NCBI GenBank assembly: GCA_964486675.1 | Contig: CAZAOD010000001.1 | Location: forward strand, 5,683 to 69,682 | Direction: 5' to 3' | DNA length: 64,000 bases | Source: an uncultured Planctomycetales bacterium | GTDB lineage: Bacteria; Omnitrophota; Gorgyraeia; Zapsychrales; Aceulaceae | In this document: positions 1-10,099 of the stretch, in pieces | Layout of the letters: each line of letters opens with the position of its first letter | How positions within the stretch are numbered: the stretch's first letter is position 1 | The notes under the pieces: model-generated | Database searches by the model: none | Seen by the model: only the letters and a program-made list of their open reading frames with translations | Told to the model about the DNA's origin: nothing | Position numbers and translations under genes: made by a program

Positions 1-894
1 ATTTTTTTGAATGCAGAAACAGAGATCTGGCCGAATCTTTTCATGGAATTGCGTCGACGGTCTATTCCGGTCATTCAGATCAACGGACGCCTGTCTGACA
101 AAGCATTTTCACGTTATCGACGCTTTCAGAGGTTGTTGGCGCCCGCGATCAAGGCCTTTGCTTGTTGCTGTATGCAAACAGAATTGGATGCTCAGCGCAT
201 GATGTTTTTGGGTGTCGAGACTGGGCGTGTCCATACTGTCGGGAACATGAAGTTTGATGATACGTTGCCTCCTCAGGAGCAAAAGATATCGGACTCTCAA
301 GACAGCGCTCAGATCATTACGCTGATCGCGGCCAGCACACATCCTGGAGAAGAAAAGATTGTCCTGGAGATCTTGAGAGACCTTAGAAAACAATTTTCTC
401 ATTTACGATTGTTCTTGGTCCCGCGCCATCCAGAGCGCGCAGACAGTCTTGTGTCCCTTTGTCAAAAGATGGATTTTCATGCTATTAAATTTTCTCAATT
501 ATCAGCTACCCCTTTGTCACCACAGACCATTGTCATTGTTGACACGATCGGCCAGTTACGCTCCCTTTATCGATCGGCGGATATTGTCTTTGTTGGCAAA
601 AGTCTTACCGTCAAGGGAGGGCAGAACATTATTGAGCCTGCGCTTTACGCGAAGCCGATCATCGTTGGCCCGTTCACAGAGAATTTTCGTGATATTGTCA
701 GCATCTTCATTGACCATCAAGCATTGATCCAGGTCAAAGATGAGAGCGAGCTAAAAGCGGCTATTACAAGACTTATTCAGGATCCCACCTTGCGTGTCGC
801 CTTGGGCGATAAAGCCCAGAGCGTGATCGCTTGTCATCAAGGGGCGACGGAGAAAACCTTTGGTTTCGTAAAGGCCTTTATAGGAGCCACATGA
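1..894 (+). CDS. kdtA: 3-deoxy-D-manno-octulosonic acid (Kdo) transferase WaaA/KdtA, C-terminal part (5' end lies upstream of window)
   Basis: The frame is open from nt 1. It contains the GT30 signature ETEIWPNL and a C-terminal GT-B fold, and it sits directly upstream of lpxK as in many lipid A clusters. Confidence 0.8.
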   Translation: MFLNAETEIWPNLFMELRRRSIPVIQINGRLSDKAFSRYRRFQRLLAPAIKAFACCCMQTELDAQRMMFLGVETGRVHTVGNMKFDDTLPPQEQKISDSQDSAQIITLIAASTHPGEEKIVLEILRDLRKQFSHLRLFLVPRHPERADSLVSLCQKMDFHAIKFSQLSATPLSPQTIVIVDTIGQLRSLYRSADIVFVGKSLTVKGGQNIIEPALYAKPIIVGPFTENFRDIVSIFIDHQALIQVKDESELKAAITRLIQDPTLRVALGDKAQSVIACHQGATEKTFGFVKAFIGAT

Positions 895-1952
895 TCAAAA
901 AATATCTTTCTGATCTGATCGTTCAGGACCGTTGTGACGTGATCTCTCGTTTTATAAAAGGGTGTTTGCGTGGCTTGTCGTATATTTACTTTTTGGGATC
1001 AAGGTGTATTCTTTTGTGCTATCAGACAGGGGCCTTAAGGCAACGATATCTTGCTAAGCCAACGATCAGCGTTGGGAATTTGACACTTGGAGGAACGGGA
1101 AAAACGCCATTGGTGGGTTTTTTAGCAAAGATGCTTCAGCAAAAAGGGCGGCGCCCGGCGATCTTGACCAGAGGCTACATGACCTCAAAACATTTTTCTG
1201 ATGAGGTAGCGTTGTATTGTCAGATGCTTCACGATATCCCAGTTGAACAGGGAAAGGACAGGGTTTTATCCAGTCGTAAGGTCCTGCAGGACCATCCGGA
1301 TATCAATGTTTTCTTGCTTGATGATGGGTTTCAACATTGGAAAGTCAAAAGGGACCTGGATGTCGTGACCATTGATGCAACGGATGCCTTCAGCAATGGT
1401 TTCTTAATGCCGCGTGGGTTCTTGAGAGAACCGTTAACCGCGCTTAAGCGGGCAGATGTGATCGTTCTGACAAAAGTTGATCTGGCTCCAGAAACTCTCT
1501 CTCGTGTTTATCAGCAGATCAAAGAGAATAATTTTCACGCGATCTTTGTTGAAGCCGTGTACCAGCCGATCAAGTTGATCAATCTTAAAGATCCGCAGCA
1601 ATATTATGACCCAAGCTTTCTAGAGCACAAAGATGTATGTCTTTTTTCCGCGATCGGCAATCCTAAAGCATTTAAGAAAACCGTTTATGATCTTAAGGCG
1701 AACATTCAAAAAACATTTTCATTCCTCGATCACTATGTTTATACGAAGGAAGATATTGAGCGGATGATGCTTCGTGACCGCCCAAAAAAGACAACGATCT
1801 TTGTGACGACTCAGAAAGATGCTGTTAAGCTTGAAGGGTTGCTGTCCGAGGTCCCATCTTCTGTTGACTTATTTGCATTAGCTGTAGAGATGAAAATCAT
1901 TAAGGGAGAAAAAGAGTTTGAACGCAGAATTGATTCTGTTTTATTGTGTTAA
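891..1952 (+). CDS. lpxK: tetraacyldisaccharide 4'-kinase LpxK
   Basis: P-loop GNLTLGGTGKTP plus typical LpxK conservation. The ATG at 891 overlaps the kdtA stop (ATGA). The tabulated ORF start at 831 is upstream of the likely real start. Confidence 0.85.
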   Translation: MIKKYLSDLIVQDRCDVISRFIKGCLRGLSYIYFLGSRCILLCYQTGALRQRYLAKPTISVGNLTLGGTGKTPLVGFLAKMLQQKGRRPAILTRGYMTSKHFSDEVALYCQMLHDIPVEQGKDRVLSSRKVLQDHPDINVFLLDDGFQHWKVKRDLDVVTIDATDAFSNGFLMPRGFLREPLTALKRADVIVLTKVDLAPETLSRVYQQIKENNFHAIFVEAVYQPIKLINLKDPQQYYDPSFLEHKDVCLFSAIGNPKAFKKTVYDLKANIQKTFSFLDHYVYTKEDIERMMLRDRPKKTTIFVTTQKDAVKLEGLLSEVPSSVDLFALAVEMKIIKGEKEFERRIDSVLLC

Positions 1953-3864
1953 AGTTTTCGCGGCGATTGTACAGCGTTTGCCGTTAACGGTTGCCTTGTG
2001 GTTGGGGCGCATGATCGGTCTTTTAGGATACCTTTGCGATCATCGTCACCGGTCATTGGCTTATGCCAATCTAAAGATTGCTTTCGCGCGTGAAAAAAAG
2101 ACCAGCGAGATCAAGCGTATTTTACGCAGGACATTTGAGAATTACGGACAGAACTTGATCGAGTTGTTGCGCCTTCCTGTCATTGACCCAAAAACATATA
2201 TCAAGGTCGAGGGCCGAGAGCATGTGGAGAGGGCATTGGCCCAGGGAAAAGGCCTTATCTTTCTGGCTATGCATTTTGGCAGCTGGGAACTGTGCAATTT
2301 TATTCCTCAGCTTTTTCATCATCCCTATAAAGTCCTTGTGAACCCTCAAAAGCGCTATTCTCGCCTTGATGACCTTCTTAATTCTTATCGGCAGAAAGCT
2401 GGTGCTGGCCTTCTCAATCCTGGCGTTAGCACGCGTGCGTTCATTCAGACATTAAAGGATAATGAAATGGTTGGCATGGTCGTTGATCAAGGAGGCAAGA
2501 CGGGGAATCTGGTGAAGTTTTTTGGCCGTGACGCATCTATGTCGACGGGTGCCGTCAGGATGGCGCTTAAGCTGGATGTGGCGGTTTGTTTTTGTGTCTT
2601 GATCCGCGAAAAAGGCTACCATCGTCTTATTATTAAGCCTCAGCTGGCGCTTGCCAAATCTCGGGATTTAGAGGATGGTCTTCAGCAGGGTTTGTCCGGC
2701 ATCGTTCATCTGATGGAAGAGAACATCAAGAAGCATCCCTCGGAGTATATGTGGTTTTACAAGATCTGGAAATACTCAAAAGAGTCTACGATCGTTGTGC
2801 TTAATGATCGTAAGCTTGGTCATTTACATCAATCGTTGGCTGTTGCGGGTCAGATCCAAAGAGCACTGGCTCAGCGAGCGATCCAGTCCCACCTGGAAAT
2901 CATTGATATTGAATTTAAGAGTAAGACGCGTGAAAGAGTTTTTTCTGGGATCAGCTTCGCGAGCCATCGCCGAGTTTCTCAAGGACGTCTTCGCTATCTA
3001 AAATGGTTCTTGCAAAGAAAATCCTTCTTAGAGGTTATGAGCGTTAAGGGAGATTTTGTTATTTCCTGTGGGTCGTCCACGGCAGGCGTGAATTATTTTT
3101 TATCACAAGATTATCGTGCAAAAAGCATTGCTATCCAAAAGCCTGGGATCCTTGATCTTGATCGTTTTGACCTTGTTGTTTTGCCTGAGCACGACCGAAG
3201 TGTTTTTTATGAGCGTCAAAAGAACGTCCTTTACACAAAGGTCGCTCCGAATTTGATCACTCAAGAATATATTCAGTCGCAGGGCGATCAGCTGATGATG
3301 AAATTTCCAGCGTTGCGACATCGCAAAGGCATAAGGGTCGGTGTTCTTTGGGGAGGGGAATCAAAGCACCATGCGATCCCATCACCATTAGCCAGAATGG
3401 TCATGGATCAGCTGAAAGAAGCCGTTGAATCTCTGGATGGTCAGATGTTGCTGACGACATCCCGGCGCACATCGCAAGAAACAGATGATGCGATCCGTGA
3501 GGCGTTGCGCGGATTTGATCGTTGCATCTTTTCTGTTATGCCGAATCACCATAACATCGTTGAGGCCGTAGGTGGGATTTTAGGGTTGTCGGACATCTTA
3601 GTTGTTTCTTCTGATAGCATTTCAATGGTTTCTGAGGCTATCAGTTCCGGGAAGAAAGTCATTGTTTTCAAACCAGAAAAGCGTGTCCTTGGCACATGTA
3701 AGCATGATGTCTTCGTTGAAAAGCTAAGCGTTCAAGGGCATATTCTTGTCTCTGAGGCCAAGGATATCGGGCATTTTCTTTGTCGTGTTGCAAAAGAAGG
3801 TCTTGTGACTAAGCCAGTGGACCAGCAAGAGGACATATTTAAGGTTGCTCAAGAGATCATATGA
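1918..3864 (+). CDS. fusion protein with an N-terminal LpxL/HtrB-family lipid A late acyltransferase and a C-terminal ELM1/DUF1022-like domain
   Basis: The N-terminus (~300 aa) matches the LpxL pattern (LP..LG..LG, HFGSWE, Y/MWFYK end). The C-terminal ~330 aa carry TTSRRT and SISMVSEA motifs that I recall from Mito_fiss_Elm1/DUF1022 proteins. The start is TTG at 1918 and overlaps the lpxK end; an alternative ATG is at 2011. Confidence 0.6.
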   Translation: MNAELILFYCVKVFAAIVQRLPLTVALWLGRMIGLLGYLCDHRHRSLAYANLKIAFAREKKTSEIKRILRRTFENYGQNLIELLRLPVIDPKTYIKVEGREHVERALAQGKGLIFLAMHFGSWELCNFIPQLFHHPYKVLVNPQKRYSRLDDLLNSYRQKAGAGLLNPGVSTRAFIQTLKDNEMVGMVVDQGGKTGNLVKFFGRDASMSTGAVRMALKLDVAVCFCVLIREKGYHRLIIKPQLALAKSRDLEDGLQQGLSGIVHLMEENIKKHPSEYMWFYKIWKYSKESTIVVLNDRKLGHLHQSLAVAGQIQRALAQRAIQSHLEIIDIEFKSKTRERVFSGISFASHRRVSQGRLRYLKWFLQRKSFLEVMSVKGDFVISCGSSTAGVNYFLSQDYRAKSIAIQKPGILDLDRFDLVVLPEHDRSVFYERQKNVLYTKVAPNLITQEYIQSQGDQLMMKFPALRHRKGIRVGVLWGGESKHHAIPSPLARMVMDQLKEAVESLDGQMLLTTSRRTSQETDDAIREALRGFDRCIFSVMPNHHNIVEAVGGILGLSDILVVSSDSISMVSEAISSGKKVIVFKPEKRVLGTCKHDVFVEKLSVQGHILVSEAKDIGHFLCRVAKEGLVTKPVDQQEDIFKVAQEII

Positions 3865-5966
3865 AAATCTTACAGATCCTTCCTGAACTTAATGTGGGCG
3901 GTGTTGAAACAGGCACTATTGACCTTGCGCGCTATTTGACGGAACATGGCCATGAGGCCGTTGTGGTGTCCCATGGCGGAGCCCTTGTTCCAGAGCTAAA
4001 AAGTGCTGGCGCTAAGCATTATACATTGCCAGTCCATCAGAAAAATCTTTTGACCATGTTTTGGTCCATGAAAAGACTTCAGAGGATCATCATCCAAGAA
4101 AAAGTTGATATTGTTCATGCGCGTTCGCGTGTGCCAGCGTGGGTGGCATATTTTGCCTGCCGCAAAACAGGGGTCCCATTCATTACGACATGTCATGGGT
4201 ATTATTCGAAGCATTTTTTTAGTGTTGTGATGGGATGGGCCAAGCTGATCATCGTTCCCAGTCGGGTTATCGGCCATCATATGGTTGAAGATTTTGGTGT
4301 TCCACTTGAAAGTATTCGCTGTATCCCTCGCAGTGTTGATATCCGTAAATTCAACATCCCCAGAGACGAAGATCCAAAACGTCATCCGGTCATCGCGATC
4401 GTTGGCCGTATTACCCCTTTGAAAGGGCACGAATATTTTTTAAGGGCGATGGCTCGCGTTGTTCGTCAGATGCCATACGTAAAAGTTTGGGTTATCGGTG
4501 ATGCTCCCTTGGAAAAAGAGTCTTACAAAGAAGGCTTGTTGAGCTTGACGAAGCAGTTAGGGCTTGTGAACTGTGTTGAATTTTTAGGCAACCGCAAGGA
4601 TATTCCTCAGCTCCTTTCAAGAGTAGATGTTCTTGTTCTGTCGACGGTAACGCAAGAGTCATTTGGCCGTGTCATTCTCGAAGCGCAAGCAGCGGGTGTT
4701 CCTGTTGTCGCTACGCGCGTAGGAGGGGTCGTTGATATCATCGAGGAAGGGGAAACCGGACTTTTGGTAGCCCCTAGACAGCCAGATGAGATGGCTCAGG
4801 CCATTCTTAGGATACTCAATGACACCTCGTTATCAAAAGCGATCGTTGCTAATGCCAAAAAGAAGCTTTTAGAAGAGTACACCTTAGACCACATGGCAAG
4901 TCAAACGCTGGCTGTCTATCAGGAATTATTGCAAACGGTCCATCTTTTAGTGATCAAGTTGAGCGCGATCGGAGACGCGTTACTGATCACACCATCATTG
5001 AAAGCGCTAAGGGAAAAGTTTCCTTTTGCGAGGATCTCTTGTTTGGTGGGACCATCTATCAGGGAGCTCTTGCAAAGGTGCCCTTATGTGGACGAAATCA
5101 TTGTCTATGATCCGAAAGGAAAGCATCGCGGAAAGCTTGGCCTTTGGCGGCTTGGACGCACGCTGCGCAAACATCATTTTGATAAGGTGATCGATCTTCA
5201 GAATAATCGAAAAAGTCACTTGTTAGCATTTTTGAGTTTTTGCCCTGAACGTTATGGCTATAAGAATAAGAAATGGGGATTTTTATTGTCGCGAGGCATT
5301 AAAGATGATCAGGGGATCTTACCGGCTATCCCGCACCAGTTTCGTGTCTTAAAGCAGGTTGGGATCAGCATGGAAGAAGATGTTAAGCTAGAAGTCTGGC
5401 CTTCGCCTCAGGATTACCGCTATGTTCGAGAACTTTTGGAAGGTTATTGGCTTGCAAAAGGGGTAGCGGTCGTTGGTATTAATGTTTCAGCTTCAACCCG
5501 TTGGCCAAGCAAGAATTGGCCAAAAGAGCATATTGCGAAGCTTTGCGATCTCTTGGCGGCGAAAAATATTCGTGTTGTTTTGACTGGGCTAAAAATCGAT
5601 CAACCGGCCGCTCAGGCGATCATAAAGCTTACTAAGGCAAAACCCATTGACCTCACAGGAAAGACAACAGTTCTGCAAATGGCTTCGCTTATTCAGCAAT
5701 GTTCAGCTTTTGTTGTCTCGGATTCCGCGCCTATGCATCTTGCCGCAGCAGTAAGCACGCCGTTTGTTGCCCTTTTCGGTCCGACGGATCCTTTTCGTCA
5801 TTTGCCCCCGGCAAAAAAATATAAGGTCATTGCGTTAAAGCCGCATTGTGCGCCGTGCTATCAGGGGTATTGTCCGATAAAGACACATGCGTGCATGGCC
5901 AACATTTCTCCTCAGGCCGTTTTGCAGGAGATCGAGAGTTTAATCGAGAAAAAGCAGGAAATATGA
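3861..5966 (+). CDS. two-domain glycosyltransferase with an N-terminal GT4 (GT-B, E-x7-E) domain fused to a C-terminal GT9 ADP-heptose:LPS heptosyltransferase domain
   Basis: The N-terminal half has GT4 motifs (ESFGRVILEAQAAGVPVV...GETG). The C-terminal half has the GT9 N-motif LVIKLSAIGDALLITPSL and a C-terminal DSAPMHLAAA..FGPTDP. ATG 3861 overlaps the upstream stop. Confidence 0.75.
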   Translation: MKILQILPELNVGGVETGTIDLARYLTEHGHEAVVVSHGGALVPELKSAGAKHYTLPVHQKNLLTMFWSMKRLQRIIIQEKVDIVHARSRVPAWVAYFACRKTGVPFITTCHGYYSKHFFSVVMGWAKLIIVPSRVIGHHMVEDFGVPLESIRCIPRSVDIRKFNIPRDEDPKRHPVIAIVGRITPLKGHEYFLRAMARVVRQMPYVKVWVIGDAPLEKESYKEGLLSLTKQLGLVNCVEFLGNRKDIPQLLSRVDVLVLSTVTQESFGRVILEAQAAGVPVVATRVGGVVDIIEEGETGLLVAPRQPDEMAQAILRILNDTSLSKAIVANAKKKLLEEYTLDHMASQTLAVYQELLQTVHLLVIKLSAIGDALLITPSLKALREKFPFARISCLVGPSIRELLQRCPYVDEIIVYDPKGKHRGKLGLWRLGRTLRKHHFDKVIDLQNNRKSHLLAFLSFCPERYGYKNKKWGFLLSRGIKDDQGILPAIPHQFRVLKQVGISMEEDVKLEVWPSPQDYRYVRELLEGYWLAKGVAVVGINVSASTRWPSKNWPKEHIAKLCDLLAAKNIRVVLTGLKIDQPAAQAIIKLTKAKPIDLTGKTTVLQMASLIQQCSAFVVSDSAPMHLAAAVSTPFVALFGPTDPFRHLPPAKKYKVIALKPHCAPCYQGYCPIKTHACMANISPQAVLQEIESLIEKKQEI

Positions 5967-7057
5967 ACATACTGATCTTGGCAACACATTGCAATACCGG
6001 CGGCATTACCAGCTATGTTTTGACGCTTACCAAAGGACTTGTGCAAAAAGGACACAGTGTTCATATCGTGACAAGCGGCGGCGACAGAGAGAAAGAGTGT
6101 GAGCGGGTCGGTGCGATCCATGTACGTTTAAGTATACGCACAAAATCAGAGGTCAGCTATAAAGTTTTTATGGGTATACCAGCGATTATCAAGCTTGTAA
6201 AGCAGCAACAGTGTGATGTGATCCACGCCCAGACACGCGTAACGCAGGTCATGGCGGCAATTGTTTCATTTTTTACTCGGGTCCCGTATGTAGCAACATG
6301 TCATGGGTTTTTTAAGCCTCGATTTTTTCGTCGAATTTTTCCCTGCTGGGGGAACGCGACGATTGCTATCAGCCAGCAAGTCAAAGAGCATTTGATCAAT
6401 GATTTTTCTTGCGATCCAAATAGCGTTTTTCTGCTGCCGCATGGTCTTGATGTATCCACAAAAGAATGGACGCCTCAAGAAAAAGAAGAAAGAAAGAACG
6501 TTTTGGGATTAAGATCAAAAACGATCATTGGTATTGTGGCGAGACTGTCGGATGTCAAGGGTCATGATGTGCTTATCCGCGCGATGCCGAAGGTCGTTAA
6601 GCAGGTTCCCGATGTGGATTTGGTTATTGTTGGACAGGGAAAAACAGAACCTTTTCTAAGAAAACTTGTCCATGAATTCTCACTGGAAAGCTATGTTCAT
6701 TTTTTCCCGTCAGTTAACGGCGATGATAATCTTTTGCCTTTGTTCGATGTTTTTGTCATGCCTTCGCGGCAGGAAGGGTTGGGCTTGTCTGTGATGGAGG
6801 CTCAAGCGCAAGGACTTGCCGTTGTTGCCTCCAATGTTGGCGGGATCCCAAGCCTTATCGAGAACGGAAAGACAGGGGTTTTAGTTAGTAAAGAAAACCC
6901 GGAACAGCTTGCAGACGCGATCATTGATCTTTTGAAGGACACTGATAAGCGCAAAAGGATCGCGTGCGCTGCCCAGGCTTTTGCGATCAAAAATTTTTCT
7001 CTTGATCCGATGGTTCAAGGGACTTTACAGGTGTACGCTCAGGCACGTAAACTATGA
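5963..7057 (+). CDS. GT4-family glycosyltransferase (LPS core glycosyltransferase, WaaG-like), paralogue of the N-terminal domain of the preceding gene
   Basis: MNILILATH..TGGI..; ATCHGFFKPRFF aligns with TTCHGYYSKHFF in the upstream gene. It has the EGLGLSVMEAQAQGLAVV motif and an ATGA overlap at 5963; the tabulated ORF start at 5846 is upstream of the likely real start. Confidence 0.75.
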   Translation: MNILILATHCNTGGITSYVLTLTKGLVQKGHSVHIVTSGGDREKECERVGAIHVRLSIRTKSEVSYKVFMGIPAIIKLVKQQQCDVIHAQTRVTQVMAAIVSFFTRVPYVATCHGFFKPRFFRRIFPCWGNATIAISQQVKEHLINDFSCDPNSVFLLPHGLDVSTKEWTPQEKEERKNVLGLRSKTIIGIVARLSDVKGHDVLIRAMPKVVKQVPDVDLVIVGQGKTEPFLRKLVHEFSLESYVHFFPSVNGDDNLLPLFDVFVMPSRQEGLGLSVMEAQAQGLAVVASNVGGIPSLIENGKTGVLVSKENPEQLADAIIDLLKDTDKRKRIACAAQAFAIKNFSLDPMVQGTLQVYAQARKL

Positions 7058-8070
7058 AGCGAATCCTAGTCGTGAACGTAAATTGGTTAGGAGATGTTAT
7101 TTTTTCTTCTCCTGTTTTTGCTGCTCTTCACAAGCAGTATCCTGGCGCGCGTATTTGCTGCTTGACCGTGCCGCGGGTTGCGGATGTCGCTCGGCAAATC
7201 CCTTGCGTTGATGATGTCATGATCTATGACGAAAAAGGGAAGGATCGTTTCTTGCTAGGCAAGGTCAGGCTTGTGCGTGAGATCAGAGCGCAAAATTTCG
7301 ATGGCGCATTTTTACTGCATGGCTCTTGGACAAGGGCGTTATTGGTTTTCTTAGCTGGCATTCCCGTTCGTGTCGGCTATAACATAAAAAGGCGCGGATG
7401 GCTTTTAACCCATCGTGTGAATGTTCCTCAGGGCATGATACATCGAAGCGACCATTATTTGAATGTGGTTGAATCCTTCTGCGGCCTATCGACAGTCCCG
7501 CGCACAACCAGTCTTCGGGTTTCATCTGAAGATGTTGCTGCCGCTCAAGGACAGCTGGTATCTTTAGGAGTTAAGGAACATGATTTTGTAGTCTTGATGC
7601 ATATTGGTGGCAATTGGCCCTTGAAGCGCTGGCCGATAGAGAATTTTGCGAAACTTTCTGATGCGTTGACAGAAAGAGAGAATACAAAGGTGGTGATTTG
7701 CGGCGGGGTAAGCGAACAAGTATTAAAAGAGCATATTCTCAAGGAAACAGTGCGCAAGCCGATCATCATGGTCGGACATACAAATTTTTCACAGCTTGTA
7801 GGCCTTATGAAAAGTGTCCATGTCGTTGTGTCTGCTGATTCGGGGCCGCTACATGTCGCAAGCAGCGTCGCAACTCCCGTCGTTGGGCTTTTTGGCCCAA
7901 CACACCCGGATGTCACGGGTCCGCGTGGCGGGGGGCGAGCCTCTATTCTTTATTTTCATGTGGGTTGCAATATCAAGCCTTGTTATCATGAGCAATGCCA
8001 GGATAATATTTGTATGAAAGCGATTAGCGTTAAAGACGTGGTGGAAAAGATTGAACAAGTGCGAAATTAA
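7054..8070 (+). CDS. ADP-heptose:LPS heptosyltransferase (GT9)
   Basis: MKRILVVNVNWLGDVIFSSPV N-motif and C-terminal DSGPLHVASSVATPVVGLFGPT; ATGA overlap with the upstream gene. Confidence 0.8.
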   Translation: MKRILVVNVNWLGDVIFSSPVFAALHKQYPGARICCLTVPRVADVARQIPCVDDVMIYDEKGKDRFLLGKVRLVREIRAQNFDGAFLLHGSWTRALLVFLAGIPVRVGYNIKRRGWLLTHRVNVPQGMIHRSDHYLNVVESFCGLSTVPRTTSLRVSSEDVAAAQGQLVSLGVKEHDFVVLMHIGGNWPLKRWPIENFAKLSDALTERENTKVVICGGVSEQVLKEHILKETVRKPIIMVGHTNFSQLVGLMKSVHVVVSADSGPLHVASSVATPVVGLFGPTHPDVTGPRGGGRASILYFHVGCNIKPCYHEQCQDNICMKAISVKDVVEKIEQVRN

Positions 8071-8998
8071 AAAGATCCTTATTGTAAGCCTTACGAATAT
8101 CGGGGACGTGGTCTTAACGTGTCCGGTGATCGATGCGCTCATCAATCGTTTTCCCTTAGCAGAAATTTCAGTCGTCGTTGGACCAAAAGCCCAGACATTG
8201 TTCGAGCGCAATCCTTATATCAAGAAGGTGCATGTTTTTACAAAGAAGGAGACCTTCGGTGAACTTATTTCTTTCGTTCAGCAGTTGAGACAGCAACGCT
8301 TTGACGCGGTCATTGATCTGCGCAACACAGCGTTAGGGTATTTCTTGGGAGCCCCATTTCATACTTCTGTTTTTGCGTGTATTGATCCTTACCTGCATAA
8401 GCGTGACCAGCATTGGCAGAGGTTGCAAAGTCTTTTTTCTGATGTGGAGCGCACAAAAAAACGTTATGCGATCTTTATTGATGAAACGATAAGAAAGAAG
8501 TCTGAGAATATTTTACGTCAGACCTTGGAGTATGGTAAAGGATATTGCGTGATCGCCGCTGGCTCTGCAGACCGAAAAAAGCGATGGACCGCAGATGGTT
8601 TTGTTTCTGTCTGTCAAGCGTTGGTCCAAACATATCGTATGCCTGTATTCTTTGTTGGAGACATCCTTGATTACGAAGGAGCAGAAAACATTATCAAAAA
8701 GGTCTCACAAGGGGCTGTTAATCTTTGTGGCAAGCTTTCCTTGTTGGAAACAACATGGGTTTTGCGTAATAGCCGTCTTTTGCTTTGTAACGATAGCGCG
8801 GCTATGCATCTTGCCAGCTATTTTGATGTCCCGACTGTCGCTTTGTTCGGGCCCACGGACCCGCGCAAATATGGTCCTTGGGGTGAGCGCAGCTGTTTTG
8901 TCCGAGCAAAGATGATCAATGAAGCTGGCGAAGGTCTTATGACCACTATCGACCCGCAAGAAGTTTTGGATCGCATGAAAGAGCTGATAGTTTTATGA
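8051..8998 (+). CDS. ADP-heptose:LPS heptosyltransferase (GT9), second tandem copy
   Basis: KKILIVSLTNIGDVVLTCPV and DSAAMHLASYFDVPTVALFGPTDP. The start is TTG at 8051, so the exact start is uncertain. Confidence 0.7.
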   Translation: MNKCEIKKILIVSLTNIGDVVLTCPVIDALINRFPLAEISVVVGPKAQTLFERNPYIKKVHVFTKKETFGELISFVQQLRQQRFDAVIDLRNTALGYFLGAPFHTSVFACIDPYLHKRDQHWQRLQSLFSDVERTKKRYAIFIDETIRKKSENILRQTLEYGKGYCVIAAGSADRKKRWTADGFVSVCQALVQTYRMPVFFVGDILDYEGAENIIKKVSQGAVNLCGKLSLLETTWVLRNSRLLLCNDSAAMHLASYFDVPTVALFGPTDPRKYGPWGERSCFVRAKMINEAGEGLMTTIDPQEVLDRMKELIVL

Positions 8999-10083
8999 AA
9001 CAACGATATTTTAAGAATATTCTTGTTGTAAGAACTGACCGGATTGGTGATGTCGTCTTGACAACACCCGTTTTGGAGGCTCTGCGCAAGGCATATCCTT
9101 CGGCCAGGATTTCCATCATGGTGACATCCGCAACCAAGGACGTGGTAGAAGGTAATCCTTTTATCGATGAAGTGATTTCTTATGACAAGAGAGGTAAAGA
9201 CAAGGGATTTCTTGGATTTTGGCGGTTTATTCGTTTTCTAAAGAGCAAAAAATTTGATCTCGCGATCAATTATCACTTGAAGAACAGAACTAATTTTATG
9301 CTGTTCCATGCGGGGATCCCAAACCGGATCGGTTTTGCAAATGACAAGTTCGGTTTTTTGCTGACGGAGAGCTATCCAGATCCTCGAACGGATGGGACTA
9401 AGCATGAAGCGGAATATTGCTTGGACTTGCTGCGAAATATTGGCGTTGATCACCAAGGATTCCAGGTTCATGTTCCGATCCACCGCGCCTCAGAAGTGTG
9501 GGTTGCAAAACTTTTTGCTGAAAATCATATCAATCCTGATGACCGGCTTATCGCGATCCATCCTGGGGCCAGCTGTCTTTCGAAACGTTGGCCTCCGCAG
9601 CGTTTCGCGGAAGTTGCCGATATTCTGGAAAAGGAATATCAGGCAAAGATTATCGTAATAGGCTCTGGCGATAATCAACTTGTCGCTCGGGAGGTTTTGT
9701 TGTCTATGAAGCAATCTGTTGTGGATATGACGGGACGAACGACTATAAGTCATTTGATCAGCCTTTTGAAAAGATGCGCCTTGCTGATCTCGAACGATTC
9801 TGGGCCTGTTCATTTGGCTGTTGGCGTTCAGACACCTGTGGTTTCGATTTTTGGCCGCAATCAAGCAGGCTTATCGGCTACTCGCTGGAAACCCTTAGGC
9901 GAGTTAGACATTGCTTTGCATCATGATATTGGATGCAAGGTTTGTTTAGCCCATAACTGTGATCGCCATTTTCAATGCTTGCGATCGATCACGGTAGACC
10001 ATGTGGTAGAGGCCGCGCGGACGATTTTAAAGAAGAAAATATCGAAAAAAGATGAAAAAGACGATAATATTGTTAACCCCTGA
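8995..10083 (+). CDS. ADP-heptose:LPS heptosyltransferase (GT9), third tandem copy
   Basis: NILVVRTDRIGDVVLTTPVL and DSGPVHLAVGVQTPVVSIFG; ATGA overlap at 8995. Confidence 0.8.
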   Translation: MKQRYFKNILVVRTDRIGDVVLTTPVLEALRKAYPSARISIMVTSATKDVVEGNPFIDEVISYDKRGKDKGFLGFWRFIRFLKSKKFDLAINYHLKNRTNFMLFHAGIPNRIGFANDKFGFLLTESYPDPRTDGTKHEAEYCLDLLRNIGVDHQGFQVHVPIHRASEVWVAKLFAENHINPDDRLIAIHPGASCLSKRWPPQRFAEVADILEKEYQAKIIVIGSGDNQLVAREVLLSMKQSVVDMTGRTTISHLISLLKRCALLISNDSGPVHLAVGVQTPVVSIFGRNQAGLSATRWKPLGELDIALHHDIGCKVCLAHNCDRHFQCLRSITVDHVVEAARTILKKKISKKDEKDDNIVNP

Positions 10084-10099
10084 ACATGCGAGGTAATTC

